Source: a virus (taxonomy: Duplodnaviria; Caudoviricetes). From it: a stretch of DNA of 40,359 bases. The stretch covers positions 1 through 40,359 of IMG/VR virus record IMGVR_UViG_3300031176_000059, one strand, 5' to 3'. Both the position numbers and the translations under genes were made by a program. Under the pieces are notes generated by a model. It was not told where the DNA came from. It saw nothing but the letters and a program-made list of their open reading frames with translations, and ran no database searches. Of the stretch, positions 17,921 to 26,425 are shown piece after piece (position 1 is the first letter of the stretch; each line of letters starts with the position of its first letter).

Positions 17921-18229
17921 ATGAGCCGTGCGGAGAAGCGAGCCTTCTACCAGCGGGTCCGTAAACTCGGCTACCGCGAGTTCTGGCAGGCCATGGACGA
18001 GCTGCACACCCGGGCGTACCAGCTGGCCGAACAGCACTATCAAGAAGCTATGGACATCGTGCTGACACCCCGGCAGAAAGCCGCCGTGGTGGCGAAGGCG
18101 GAGGAGATCCGGGAGCTTTGGGACGGGGTTTTTGAAATCAGCGTTGATGCCACGGCAGATGTCGAGAATCTGGTGGATGAGTCGGCCGCTTTCGGGATCG
18201 ATTGCCGGAACGGGAGGTGCGAGTTTTGA
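17921..18229 (+). CDS. Hypothetical phage protein
   Basis: RBS aaaggag, 102 aa ORF. Confidence 0.7.
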   Translation: MSRAEKRAFYQRVRKLGYREFWQAMDELHTRAYQLAEQHYQEAMDIVLTPRQKAAVVAKAEEIRELWDGVFEISVDATADVENLVDESAAFGIDCRNGRCEF

Positions 18230-18237
18230 GCATAGAG

Positions 18238-18435
18238 ATGATGACCACCCAAAAATGCAGCCATCCATCCTGCCAGTCGCCGGCGACGCATACCTGGGCA
18301 CTGGTGCCGGTGTGCCGGGGACATCATGAGGCGATTCTGGTGGAGACGGTGAAATATTATCTGTTGGGTGGGCGAACGAGACGGGTGATGTACGAGCGAA
18401 TACGACACTTGACACCGTGGGGGCGATTGGATTGA
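18238..18435 (+). CDS. Small Cys/His-rich hypothetical protein
   Basis: CSHPSC...VCRGHH; abuts rinA. Confidence 0.5.
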   Translation: MMTTQKCSHPSCQSPATHTWALVPVCRGHHEAILVETVKYYLLGGRTRRVMYERIRHLTPWGRLD

Positions 18436-18857
18436 TCGAAAACAAACTTCGCCGCGGAACATTTCAGCATGTGGAGTCTGAGTTGTACGCCTATCATGAA
18501 ACGAAAAAAGAGATTGTCCGTCTCAAGAACGAAATCCTCTATGCTTCGGCTCCACCGGATGAGAACATCGGCGGCAGCCGCGGGAACATGCCGGGCGATC
18601 CGACCGGCCGGACGGCGGTGCTACTGGTGACGCATCGGAAGATCGAGCAGCTTGAGCGGATCGTTGAAGCGATTGAGAGCGTCGTTGAACGGCTACCGGA
18701 AAAGAAAAAACGGCTTGTTCAGTTGAGATATTGGGACAAGCCTAGAACATTAACATGGGATGGGATTGCGTTGAGGTTAAATGTCAGCCGGAGGACTGCT
18801 ATCAACTGGCGCGATCAAATTGTAACATCTATTGCCGAAATATTGGGATGGAGATAA
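18432..18857 (+). CDS. RinA/ArpU-family late transcriptional activator
   Basis: FQHVESELYAY, PGDPTGRTA, VQLRYW, C-terminal HTH; TTG start inferred. Confidence 0.85.
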   Translation: MIENKLRRGTFQHVESELYAYHETKKEIVRLKNEILYASAPPDENIGGSRGNMPGDPTGRTAVLLVTHRKIEQLERIVEAIESVVERLPEKKKRLVQLRYWDKPRTLTWDGIALRLNVSRRTAINWRDQIVTSIAEILGWR

Positions 18858-18860
18858 AAT
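18832..18860 (+). promoter_or_regulatory. SigA-type promoter in the rinA 3' end, driving the TIR gene
   Basis: TTGCCG-17 bp-TAAAAT. Confidence 0.6.
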
Positions 18861-18863
18861 GAA

Positions 18864-19577
18864 ATGGAGGAAATAGCTTCTATGGAGGAATTGCTAGTGA
18901 CTCCTGATCAAATGCAGTTAATTTTGCAAAGAAAGTATGAGATTGTCACAAGAAGTGAATTGCCAAATGGTTCTGGTACCCAATTTAGATTATCAAACAA
19001 TGCAATAGTGAACGTATTTAAGACCGGAAAATATAACGTACAGGGTAAAAATAGTGCCGAAGTTCAAACGTATATTCAAAATAATCTCGCAAGTTTTTCT
19101 GATGAATCCGCAAGCGTAAATAAGAATGTTTTTGTAGTTTACGGGCATGATCAAAATTCAAGAAATCAACTAGAGTTACTTTTAAGACGATTTGATTTAA
19201 TTCCGCTCATATTGGATCAATTGCCTTCTGGTGGACAAACCATTATTGAGAAATTAGAAGCTAATATTAGTAGAGCCCATTTTGGAATTATTTTAGCAAC
19301 TGCTGATGACGAAGGGTATAGAAGAGGACATCCAGAAGAGAAAATGTTTCGGGTCCGACAAAATGTCATCTTGGAAATGGGCATGTTATTAACTCGTTTG
19401 GGGCGGGATAGAGTATTTATTCTATTGCAAGATCAGGAAAACCTTGAAAGACCTTCTGATATCCAAGGGCTCATTTACATTCCATTTAAAGAAGATCTTA
19501 TCAAAGAAGCTGGTCCATTACTTGCAAGGGAACTTGAGAAACTTGGGATTATGATTCCGGCTTCAGCGCTAACATGA
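18864..19577 (+). CDS. TIR-like nucleotide-binding protein (CAP12/Pycsar-effector-type TIR) with a small N-terminal domain; AT-rich moron
   Basis: VFVVYGHD, GQTIIEKLE, ATADDEG, RQNVILEMG (catalytic Glu position), ERPSDIQG; true start may be 18882 or 18897. Confidence 0.85.
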   Translation: MEEIASMEELLVTPDQMQLILQRKYEIVTRSELPNGSGTQFRLSNNAIVNVFKTGKYNVQGKNSAEVQTYIQNNLASFSDESASVNKNVFVVYGHDQNSRNQLELLLRRFDLIPLILDQLPSGGQTIIEKLEANISRAHFGIILATADDEGYRRGHPEEKMFRVRQNVILEMGMLLTRLGRDRVFILLQDQENLERPSDIQGLIYIPFKEDLIKEAGPLLARELEKLGIMIPASALT

Positions 19578-19580
19578 AAT

Positions 19581-19624
19581 TTGCACAATTTGTGCACTTT
19601 TGGCCTTAAAATTTGTGATAAACT
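19581..19624 (+). promoter_or_regulatory. Putative RinA-activated late promoter
   Basis: tgcac direct repeats 11 bp apart, then extended -10 TGaTAAACT with no canonical -35; lies upstream of HNH/terminase. Confidence 0.5.
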
Positions 19625-19650
19625 TGTACCATAGAAGAAAATCGATTGCC

Positions 19651-19680
19651 AAGAGTCCTGGTTAATCCGGGACTCTTTTC
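19651..19680 (+). terminator. Intrinsic terminator-like hairpin
   Basis: aagagtcctgg-ttaat-ccgggactctt-ttc. Confidence 0.6.
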
Positions 19681-19690
19681 TCATATTGTC

Positions 19691-19756
19691 CAGCCGCCTC
19701 GCCGGGGTATGAGCCAGCCCTCTCCTCACTGGGACCGGACCGGTGCGGGGCGGCTG
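19691..19756 (+). ncRNA. Candidate structured RNA with a C/U-rich apical loop
   Basis: 12-bp stem cagccgcctcgc/gcggggcggctg, inner ccgg/ccgg and ccag/ctgg stems, loop ccctctcctca. Confidence 0.4.
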
Positions 19757-19771
19757 TCCGGGGTTATAGTC

Positions 19772-19802
19772 AAAAAGAAAGTCCGCAGCATTAATTGCGG
19801 AC
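19772..19802 (-). terminator. Terminator of the GIY-YIG moron
   Basis: gtccgca-N8-tgcggac hairpin with a T-tract on the minus strand. Confidence 0.6.
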
Positions 19803-19824
19803 CAGGCATCTTTCTCTTTGCAAT

Positions 19825-20130
19825 TTACCATAGTTTGTGCTGGACGTTACAGGGAGGATTGTATCTACGAATGAAGTCGGTTTCCATACTCTCGCGGATG
19901 ATTTGACTTGCAACAGGGATGTAAGAGAAATAATTCGCTCTTTTTGATACACAGTCATTTGCTCCATCGCAGTATTGAAGGAAACGTTGGCGCAAATTGC
20001 TTGTTTGACCAATGTAGATTGGTTGTCCGTTTGTGTTCCGATCACTCCAAAAGGCATAGACGCCTCCATGTTCAGGAATAAAGGCTGCAGACAACTTATT
20101 AAAAACCAATGGATTCGACCAATTCATCAT
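19825..20130 (-). CDS. Minimal GIY-YIG nuclease-family protein (moron)
   Basis: GVY...YIG, NLRQRF, E (SMETDFI), NPPCN; RBS aaaggaggtg. Confidence 0.82.
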   Translation of the reverse strand: MMNWSNPLVFNKLSAAFIPEHGGVYAFWSDRNTNGQPIYIGQTSNLRQRFLQYCDGANDCVSKRANYFSYIPVASQIIRESMETDFIRRYNPPCNVQHKLW

Positions 20131-20159
20131 TCGACATTCACCTCCTTTCTTTTGCATAA

Positions 20160-20186
20160 ATTCGACAGAATTATGTAAAAACCTTT
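20160..20186 (-). promoter_or_regulatory. SigH-like promoter of the GIY-YIG gene
   Basis: AAAGGTTTT-11 bp-GTCGAAT versus consensus RNAGGAWWW-N11/12-RNNGAAT. Confidence 0.55.
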
Positions 20187-20227
20187 ATTTGGTGGTTTTA
20201 ATGACAAACAAAACACAAGTTGCGAAG

Positions 20228-20620
20228 ATGTCCAATCGACCGCTTCGACCATGCGCCATTCCGCTTTGCCCGAATCTTACGCGCGAGCGATATTGCGGGC
20301 AGCACGCCTACCGAAAAAAGCAGGACGAGGCGGAGCGGCAGCGCTTCTATGACCGGCATCAGCGGGATCGGAAGGCGGCTGAGTTCTACCGAACTAGGGA
20401 ATGGCAGCGGCTGCGCGAAAGACGTCTGGCACTTGATCATTATCTCTGCCGGAATTGCCTCGCTGAACAGAAGCTCACCAGGGCGACAGAGGTTGACCAC
20501 ATCATCCCGATCAGGGTGAGGTGGGATCTCCGCCTCGAGCTGAGCAATACTCGGTCGCTGTGCCACCGGTGCCACATGAGGAAGACCGCTGAGGACCGGC
20601 GAAGGTACGAATTACCATAA
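20228..20620 (+). CDS. HNH endonuclease, packaging-associated
   Basis: CAIPLC...YC, CRNC, EVDHIIP, N.RSLCHRCH; directly upstream of terminase. Confidence 0.9.
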   Translation: MSNRPLRPCAIPLCPNLTRERYCGQHAYRKKQDEAERQRFYDRHQRDRKAAEFYRTREWQRLRERRLALDHYLCRNCLAEQKLTRATEVDHIIPIRVRWDLRLELSNTRSLCHRCHMRKTAEDRRRYELP

Positions 20621-20649
20621 ACTGGTAGAAAGTCGCTTTCACGCACTAA

Positions 20650-20735
20650 AGCGATGGGGTGGGGGAGGGGCAAAAATTTCCAGAACGGCTCCTATGACCG
20701 CGCGCCCACCCATTCGCGCGCAAAACTCCCTTTTT
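20650..20735. other. Probable cos region
   Basis: GC-rich gggagggg...gaccgcgcgccc...cgcgcgcaaaa gap between HNH and terS, the usual location in cos-type siphoviruses; exact cut site not determinable. Confidence 0.5.
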
Positions 20736-20760
20736 GGTGTGAGCTAAAGGAGGTGGTTCC

Positions 20761-21237
20761 ATGGGCAGGCGGGCTAAACCGGTTGAGCTGCTCGTGCTCA
20801 ACGGAAAAAAGCATCTGACGAAAAAGGAGATACAGAAGCGCCGGGATGCCGAAGCGAAGCTGAAGCCGCCCGCTGACGCCGTGAAACCTCCGTCTTGGCT
20901 GACGCGGGAGGCGCGGAAAGTCTGGAAGCGGGCGATCGCCTCTCTTGATCCGCTCAAAATCGTGACAAATGCCGATGTCGAGCAGCTCGCGATGTTCTGC
21001 GACGCTGCAGCGAGGTATGCGGAGTGCAGCCGGATCATCGCGAAGGAAGGTATCGTAATCATCGGCCCGAAAGGCCCGATGCAGCACCCGGCAGCTGTGG
21101 CCCAGGCGAAGTACGCGGCGATCGTGACGAGGATCGGCTCAAAATTCGGCCTTGACCCGTCCGGCCGGGCCTCGCTCGCAATTCCAAAGGGCGACGACGA
21201 GCCGCAGGATGAATTCGAGAAGGTGTTCGGCTCGTGA
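20761..21237 (+). CDS. terS: Terminase small subunit (P27 family)
   Basis: PPSWL...AR.VW, QHPA, FGLDPSGR. Confidence 0.9.
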   Translation: MGRRAKPVELLVLNGKKHLTKKEIQKRRDAEAKLKPPADAVKPPSWLTREARKVWKRAIASLDPLKIVTNADVEQLAMFCDAAARYAECSRIIAKEGIVIIGPKGPMQHPAAVAQAKYAAIVTRIGSKFGLDPSGRASLAIPKGDDEPQDEFEKVFGS

Positions 21238-22952
21238 TCGCGACGAAACTGGACGCCGCAACGCAGTACGCCTGGGACGTCATGGAGGGGCGCCAGGTCG
21301 CCGGCAAGTGGGTCCGGCTTGCATGCGAGCGGCACCTGCGGGATCTGGAACGCGCTGGCACACAAGATTTCCCATACGTGTTCAATCCGGAGAAGGCGGA
21401 ACGAGTGTTCGCCTTCTTTCGTTTTTGCCGGCATGTGAAGGGTCCGCTAGCTGGGAAGCCGGTCGAGCTTGAACCGTGGCAACGGTTCCTGCTCGGCAAC
21501 CTGTTCGGATGGGTGCATATGGACACCGGATACCGCCGGTTCCGCAAGTCATATACCCAAGTGGCCAGCGGAAATGGGAAGTCGACGGTGCTTTCCGGAC
21601 TCGGTCTGTACATGCTCATGGCTGACGGAGAGTTCGGTGCCGAGGTGTACGCCGCGGCGACGAAAGCCGAACAGGCCCGGATAGTGTTCAACGCCGCCAG
21701 GGTCATGGCGACCAGGAGCCCGGAGCTTCTCCGTCGGCTGGAACCGAAACGTGGGCGGATCGAGCACCCGGCGACGGAAAGCTTCTTCCGACCGCTCAGC
21801 AAAGACGACCAGCAAAAGGGCGATGGACTGGCGCCGCATTTGGCCATCATCGATGAGTATCACGCGCACCCGACATCAGAGATTTACGACGTCCTGGCAC
21901 AGTCACTCGCGAAGCGCGCGCAGCCGCTTCTCTTCGTCATTACCACGGCAGGATTTGACCTTTCTTCTCCATGCTACGAGGAATACCAGTACGCCTGCAA
22001 AGTGCTGGAGGGTGACGTCGAGAACGAGGAATATTTCGCTTACATCGCCCAACTTGACGCGGACGACGATCCGAAGGACGAATGCGTCTGGATCAAGTCG
22101 AATCCGCTGGTCGCCACGACGGAATGGGGCATGCGGTCGCTCCGGGCGCAGCTGAAGGAGGCCCTGGAAGTGCCGAGCAAAATGCGGCACTTCCTCACAA
22201 AAAACATGAACATGTGGGTTGACCAGAAAGAAGACGGATACATGAACATGGCGAAGTGGCGCTCCTGTGCGGCAACGAAAGATAATCCGATACCGGACCT
22301 GACCGGCGCGCCGTGTTACATCGGCGTGGACCTATCCGCAAAGATCGACCTTTGCAGCGTGGCATTGGAATTTCCGCTCGGAAATGGCCGTTTCGCGGTC
22401 CGATCCCATTCGTTTATCCCGGAAGAGCGCTTGAGAGAGCGGATGAAAACGGACAAGCGTCCCTATGACGCATGGGTGAGGTTGGGGTGGCTCTCTGTCA
22501 TACCCGGCGCCGTGGTTGACCAGGAAGCTGTTATCGAATGGATCGAAAAGCAGGTTGAAATGCACGGATGGAAAGTGCAAGAAATCTGCGGAGATCCTTG
22601 GAATGCCACACAGTTTGGCATCGAGATTCAAAGGCGAGGGTATGTTTGGGTTGAGATCATACAAGGCGTCCGGACGCTTTCCGAGCCGACGAAAGACTTC
22701 CGGGAGCGTGTCTATCGTGGTCAGATCATCCACGATGGAAGCCCGGTCCTTCAATGGGCGATGTCGAATGCTGTGGAGAAGATCGACGCGAAAGGAAACA
22801 TCATGCTGGACAAGGAGAAAAGCCGTGAGAAGATCGACCCGGTGGCCGCGCTCATGAACGCGCACACGCGAGCAATCCACTACGGAAAGGAGGCCACATA
22901 TGACCCGAACCGATATGCGACGGCAGAAATCCTGGAAAAACTTTGGGGCTAA
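21234..22952 (+). CDS. terL: Terminase large subunit
   Basis: LEPWQ, GNGKST, IIDEYH, ITTAG, GVDLS, KIDPVAA. Confidence 0.95.
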   Translation: MIATKLDAATQYAWDVMEGRQVAGKWVRLACERHLRDLERAGTQDFPYVFNPEKAERVFAFFRFCRHVKGPLAGKPVELEPWQRFLLGNLFGWVHMDTGYRRFRKSYTQVASGNGKSTVLSGLGLYMLMADGEFGAEVYAAATKAEQARIVFNAARVMATRSPELLRRLEPKRGRIEHPATESFFRPLSKDDQQKGDGLAPHLAIIDEYHAHPTSEIYDVLAQSLAKRAQPLLFVITTAGFDLSSPCYEEYQYACKVLEGDVENEEYFAYIAQLDADDDPKDECVWIKSNPLVATTEWGMRSLRAQLKEALEVPSKMRHFLTKNMNMWVDQKEDGYMNMAKWRSCAATKDNPIPDLTGAPCYIGVDLSAKIDLCSVALEFPLGNGRFAVRSHSFIPEERLRERMKTDKRPYDAWVRLGWLSVIPGAVVDQEAVIEWIEKQVEMHGWKVQEICGDPWNATQFGIEIQRRGYVWVEIIQGVRTLSEPTKDFRERVYRGQIIHDGSPVLQWAMSNAVEKIDAKGNIMLDKEKSREKIDPVAALMNAHTRAIHYGKEATYDPNRYATAEILEKLWG

Positions 22953-24234
22953 GATCCTGAACCTGTTTCGGGATTCGACAGAAGTGAAAAAGGAATACAG
23001 CCTGGATGATCGGGCGTTCCTCGAATTCCTCGGCCTCCGTCCGGATGAAATCGACGTGCGCGGGGAACGTGGACTGCGGGAGGCGACGGTTTTCGCTTGC
23101 GTGAAGATCCTTTCCGAGGCGGTGGGAAAACTGCCGCTGAAGGTCTACCGGGAAACGGAGCGAGGGATTGAAAAGGCGACGGATCACTATCTGTATCCGC
23201 TGCTGAAATACCGCCCTAACCCCTACATGACCGCATCGGACATGTTCCGGGCGGTCGAGGCACAGCGGAATCTGCACGGCAATGCCTACATCGTTCCGGA
23301 GGTAATCCAGTCAGGGCCGGACCGGGGAAAAATCCGTTGGCTGTGGCCGGTTGACGCAAAGTACGTGCAGATCTGGATCGACAACCGCGGGCTTTTCGGC
23401 GCCCGAAACCGTGTCTGGTACGTGGTTACGGTGGGTGGGGAAGAGATTCGCCTTGCCCCGGACGAAATAATCCACCTTCGGGCCATGACGCTCGATGGAA
23501 TCGTCGGCATGAGCCCGCTGCAGTATTTGCGCTGGCTCGTTGAGGCCGGCGCCGCGGGAACGAAGCACGTGCGGGACTTTTTCAAGCAGGGGCTACAGGT
23601 CAAGGGGCTGATCCAATATACCGGAGACTTGAACCCGGAAGCCGAAGAGGAATTCCGCCGGCGATTCGAGCGTATGGCGTCCGGCCTCAAAAATGCGCAC
23701 CGGGTCGCGCTTATGCCGATCGGCTACCAGTTCCAACCGATCGAGCTAAGCATGACGGACGCGCAGTTTCTTGAGACGGCGCAACTCACCGCGCGGCAGA
23801 TCGCGAACGCCTTCGGCGTGAAGATGCACCAGCTGAACGACCTTTCCCGGGCGACGCACACGAACATCGAACAGCAGCAAAAGCAGTTCTACGCGGACAC
23901 GCTGCAGGCGATCCTGACCCAGTATGAACAGGAGTTCACATACAAACTATTCACACCGTCGGAGATCACCGACGGTTTTTATGTGCGCTTCAACGTTGAC
24001 TCCATCGTCCGCAGCGATATCAAGACCAGGTACGAGGCGTACCGGACCGGAATCCAGGGCGGCTTCCTGAAACCCAACGAAGTTCGTGCGTGGGAGGAAT
24101 TGCCGGCCGAGCCGGGAGGGGATGAGCTCTACGCCAACAGCGCCCTGGCACCGCTCACCGTGCTAAGGGATCTCGCACTTGCGAAAGGAGGTGATCGGGG
24201 TGCAGCGGGAACGGAAAACGTCGAGGGGGCGTAA
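22900..24234 (+). CDS. HK97-family portal protein (start uncertain)
   Basis: VFACVKILSEAVGKLP, RPNPYMT, GNAY, DAQFLE, PNEVRAWEELP. Confidence 0.92.
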   Translation: MTRTDMRRQKSWKNFGAKILNLFRDSTEVKKEYSLDDRAFLEFLGLRPDEIDVRGERGLREATVFACVKILSEAVGKLPLKVYRETERGIEKATDHYLYPLLKYRPNPYMTASDMFRAVEAQRNLHGNAYIVPEVIQSGPDRGKIRWLWPVDAKYVQIWIDNRGLFGARNRVWYVVTVGGEEIRLAPDEIIHLRAMTLDGIVGMSPLQYLRWLVEAGAAGTKHVRDFFKQGLQVKGLIQYTGDLNPEAEEEFRRRFERMASGLKNAHRVALMPIGYQFQPIELSMTDAQFLETAQLTARQIANAFGVKMHQLNDLSRATHTNIEQQQKQFYADTLQAILTQYEQEFTYKLFTPSEITDGFYVRFNVDSIVRSDIKTRYEAYRTGIQGGFLKPNEVRAWEELPAEPGGDELYANSALAPLTVLRDLALAKGGDRGAAGTENVEGA

Positions 24235-24985
24235 ATTCTGGCAGTTCCGGTCCGCGGCCGAGCCAGGCGTGGGCGAACTGCTTCTCTACGGTGAGATCGC
24301 TGACACGACGTGGTGGGGCGATGAGGTAACGCCAAAGCAGTTCTGGGATGAGTTGCAGAAGATGGGCGTCATCTCGGAACTACGGGTTTATATTAACTCA
24401 CCTGGTGGTGACGTGTTTGCCGGCCAAGCCATCCTTTCGATGTTGAACCGCCATCCGGCTACGGTCACGGTTTACGTCGATGGTCTGGCGGCATCGGCAG
24501 CGTCATTGGTCGCGATGGCTGGGGACAAAATCATCATGCCGCGTAATGCCATGATGATGATCCACAATCCTTGGACGATCGCATGGGGGGACGCAAATAC
24601 GTTCCGTCAGGTGGCCGACGATCTGGATAAAATCCGAGAATCCATGATCCCGGTGTACGAAGCCCGGACGGGGTTGCCGCGGGATGAAATCATTAAAATG
24701 CTCGACGACGAAAAATGGATGACTGCCGAGGAAGCGGTCGAGCTTGGATTCGCCGACGAGATCGAGGAAGCGAAACAGGTGGCCGCATCGATTGCGGGAC
24801 AGCGGATCGTCGTCAACGGTGTGGAGATGGACCTGAGCAGGTTCAGAAACCCGCCGAAACTGATGCCGGTCACTCCCGAACCGCCAAAGGCGGATGGGGC
24901 GAAGCCGACCGACGACAAACTCAAACTGCTTTCGTTTGAACTGGAGCTGCTTACTGGCAGCTCTTCATCAAAAACCAAGAGGTGA
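24200..24985 (+). CDS. ClpP-type head maturation protease
   Basis: INSPGGDVFAG, DGLAASAAS, MMIHNPW, GFAD; GTG start after aaggaggtg. Confidence 0.92.
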   Translation: MQRERKTSRGRKFWQFRSAAEPGVGELLLYGEIADTTWWGDEVTPKQFWDELQKMGVISELRVYINSPGGDVFAGQAILSMLNRHPATVTVYVDGLAASAASLVAMAGDKIIMPRNAMMMIHNPWTIAWGDANTFRQVADDLDKIRESMIPVYEARTGLPRDEIIKMLDDEKWMTAEEAVELGFADEIEEAKQVAASIAGQRIVVNGVEMDLSRFRNPPKLMPVTPEPPKADGAKPTDDKLKLLSFELELLTGSSSSKTKR

Positions 24986-24993
24986 TTTTGAAA

Positions 24994-26190
24994 ATGACCC
25001 GTGAAATGAGAGATCTTCAGTCAAGACTCGCAACGGCCGAGCAGAACGCACGCCTCGCTATTGGCGAAGGTCGTGTGCAGGATGCTGAAAAGCACATGGA
25101 AGAAGTCCGATCGCTCCGGAAGCAAATCGAAATGCTGGAAGAGCTGGAAGCGCAGGCGCAGCGCGAAGCAGAAAACAGCATTCCGGCCGGCGAGGAGCGC
25201 GACCGCAAGGAGCTGGAAGAGCGGTATGCGAAGGCTTTCGTGAAGGCCATTCGCCGGAAGAATCTTTCTGCTGACGATCTCGATGCCGTCGTCTCCTATC
25301 GGCGTCATATCCTGAACGTCATGCACGAAGGCGGTGTGACCACTGATCCGGACGGCGACAGCTCGCTCATCGTTCCGCAGGACATCCAAACCCGGATCAA
25401 CACGATCATGCGGGAACTGAATGACCTGACGGAGTACATCCGGGTCGAGACGGTCAGCACGCTTTCCGGCAGCCGGGTGCTGGAGAAAGACGAAACCATG
25501 ACGCCGCTGCAAGTGGTGGAAGAATATGGGGAAATCCAGCAGACCGACAACCCGAAATTCGTTCCGGTCACGTACAAGCTCGTGAAGCGCGCCGGGTACC
25601 TGCCGCTGACCAACGAACTGCTCCAAGACAGCGACCAAAACATCCTGGCCTACGTCACCGACTGGATCGCGCGGAAGGTTGTGGTCACGCGAAACATCCT
25701 GGTTGCCAACCTGCTGAATACGCTGACGGCTAAGACGATCGCGGATCTGGACGCCGTGAAGCGCATCCTGAACGTCGACCTGGACCCGGCCATCAGCCGC
25801 ACGGCCGTCGTCATCACGAACCAAGACGGCTACAACTGGCTCGACACGCAGAAGGACAATCAGGGCCGGTATCTGCTCACGGACGACATCACGCAGCCTG
25901 GCCGGAGACTCCTGTTCGGCCGCCCGGTGGCCGTGGTGTCGAACCGGTATCTGCCGTCCCGGGAAGACACCGGCGCAGGAAAGACCTACGCTCCGATCTT
26001 CCTGGGCAACGGTCAGCAGTTCGCCGTCTGGTTTACGCGCGGCGCCTACGAGCTGGCCAGCACCCGCGAGGGCGGCGAAGCCTGGCGGCGTGACAGCACG
26101 GAGCTGCGCGTGATCACCCGCGATGATCTGAAGCAATGGGATGCGGCGGCGATGGTTCGCGGAGAAATCGATGTGACGACGGCGGTGTGA
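24994..26190 (+). CDS. HK97-fold major capsid protein
   Basis: Coiled-coil delta domain, LIVPQDIQTRI, TNELLQDS, KDNQGRYL. Confidence 0.92.
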   Translation: MTREMRDLQSRLATAEQNARLAIGEGRVQDAEKHMEEVRSLRKQIEMLEELEAQAQREAENSIPAGEERDRKELEERYAKAFVKAIRRKNLSADDLDAVVSYRRHILNVMHEGGVTTDPDGDSSLIVPQDIQTRINTIMRELNDLTEYIRVETVSTLSGSRVLEKDETMTPLQVVEEYGEIQQTDNPKFVPVTYKLVKRAGYLPLTNELLQDSDQNILAYVTDWIARKVVVTRNILVANLLNTLTAKTIADLDAVKRILNVDLDPAISRTAVVITNQDGYNWLDTQKDNQGRYLLTDDITQPGRRLLFGRPVAVVSNRYLPSREDTGAGKTYAPIFLGNGQQFAVWFTRGAYELASTREGGEAWRRDSTELRVITRDDLKQWDAAAMVRGEIDVTTAV

Positions 26191-26194
26191 GGCG

Positions 26195-26419
26195 ATGCGG
26201 CTCCGCACGACGAAAGGTTTCTATGACAAGAAAGCGTGCCGCTACCGCCCTACCGGGGAAGAGTTCGACGTAACGGAAGCGCGTGCAACTGAGATCCTCG
26301 CTGCTGGAGTGGCGGAAGTCGTCGAGGACTCCGCCGACTCTGCCCCGCCTGAAGAACCGGAACAGAAGTCTGTGAAGGTTCCCGCGGAAAAGCCGAAACG
26401 CCGTCCGCCGAAGGGATGA
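26195..26419 (+). CDS. Small head-associated hypothetical protein
   Basis: RBS, position after the capsid gene; GEEFDVTEARA.EI motif common in this slot. Confidence 0.65.
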   Translation: MRLRTTKGFYDKKACRYRPTGEEFDVTEARATEILAAGVAEVVEDSADSAPPEEPEQKSVKVPAEKPKRRPPKG

Positions 26420-26425
26420 TGCCCG

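Noticed and set aside
18864-19577. Complete CBASS, Pycsar or Thoeris operon
   Set aside because: No cyclase, STING/cNMP-binding domain or ThsA-like gene is in the window.
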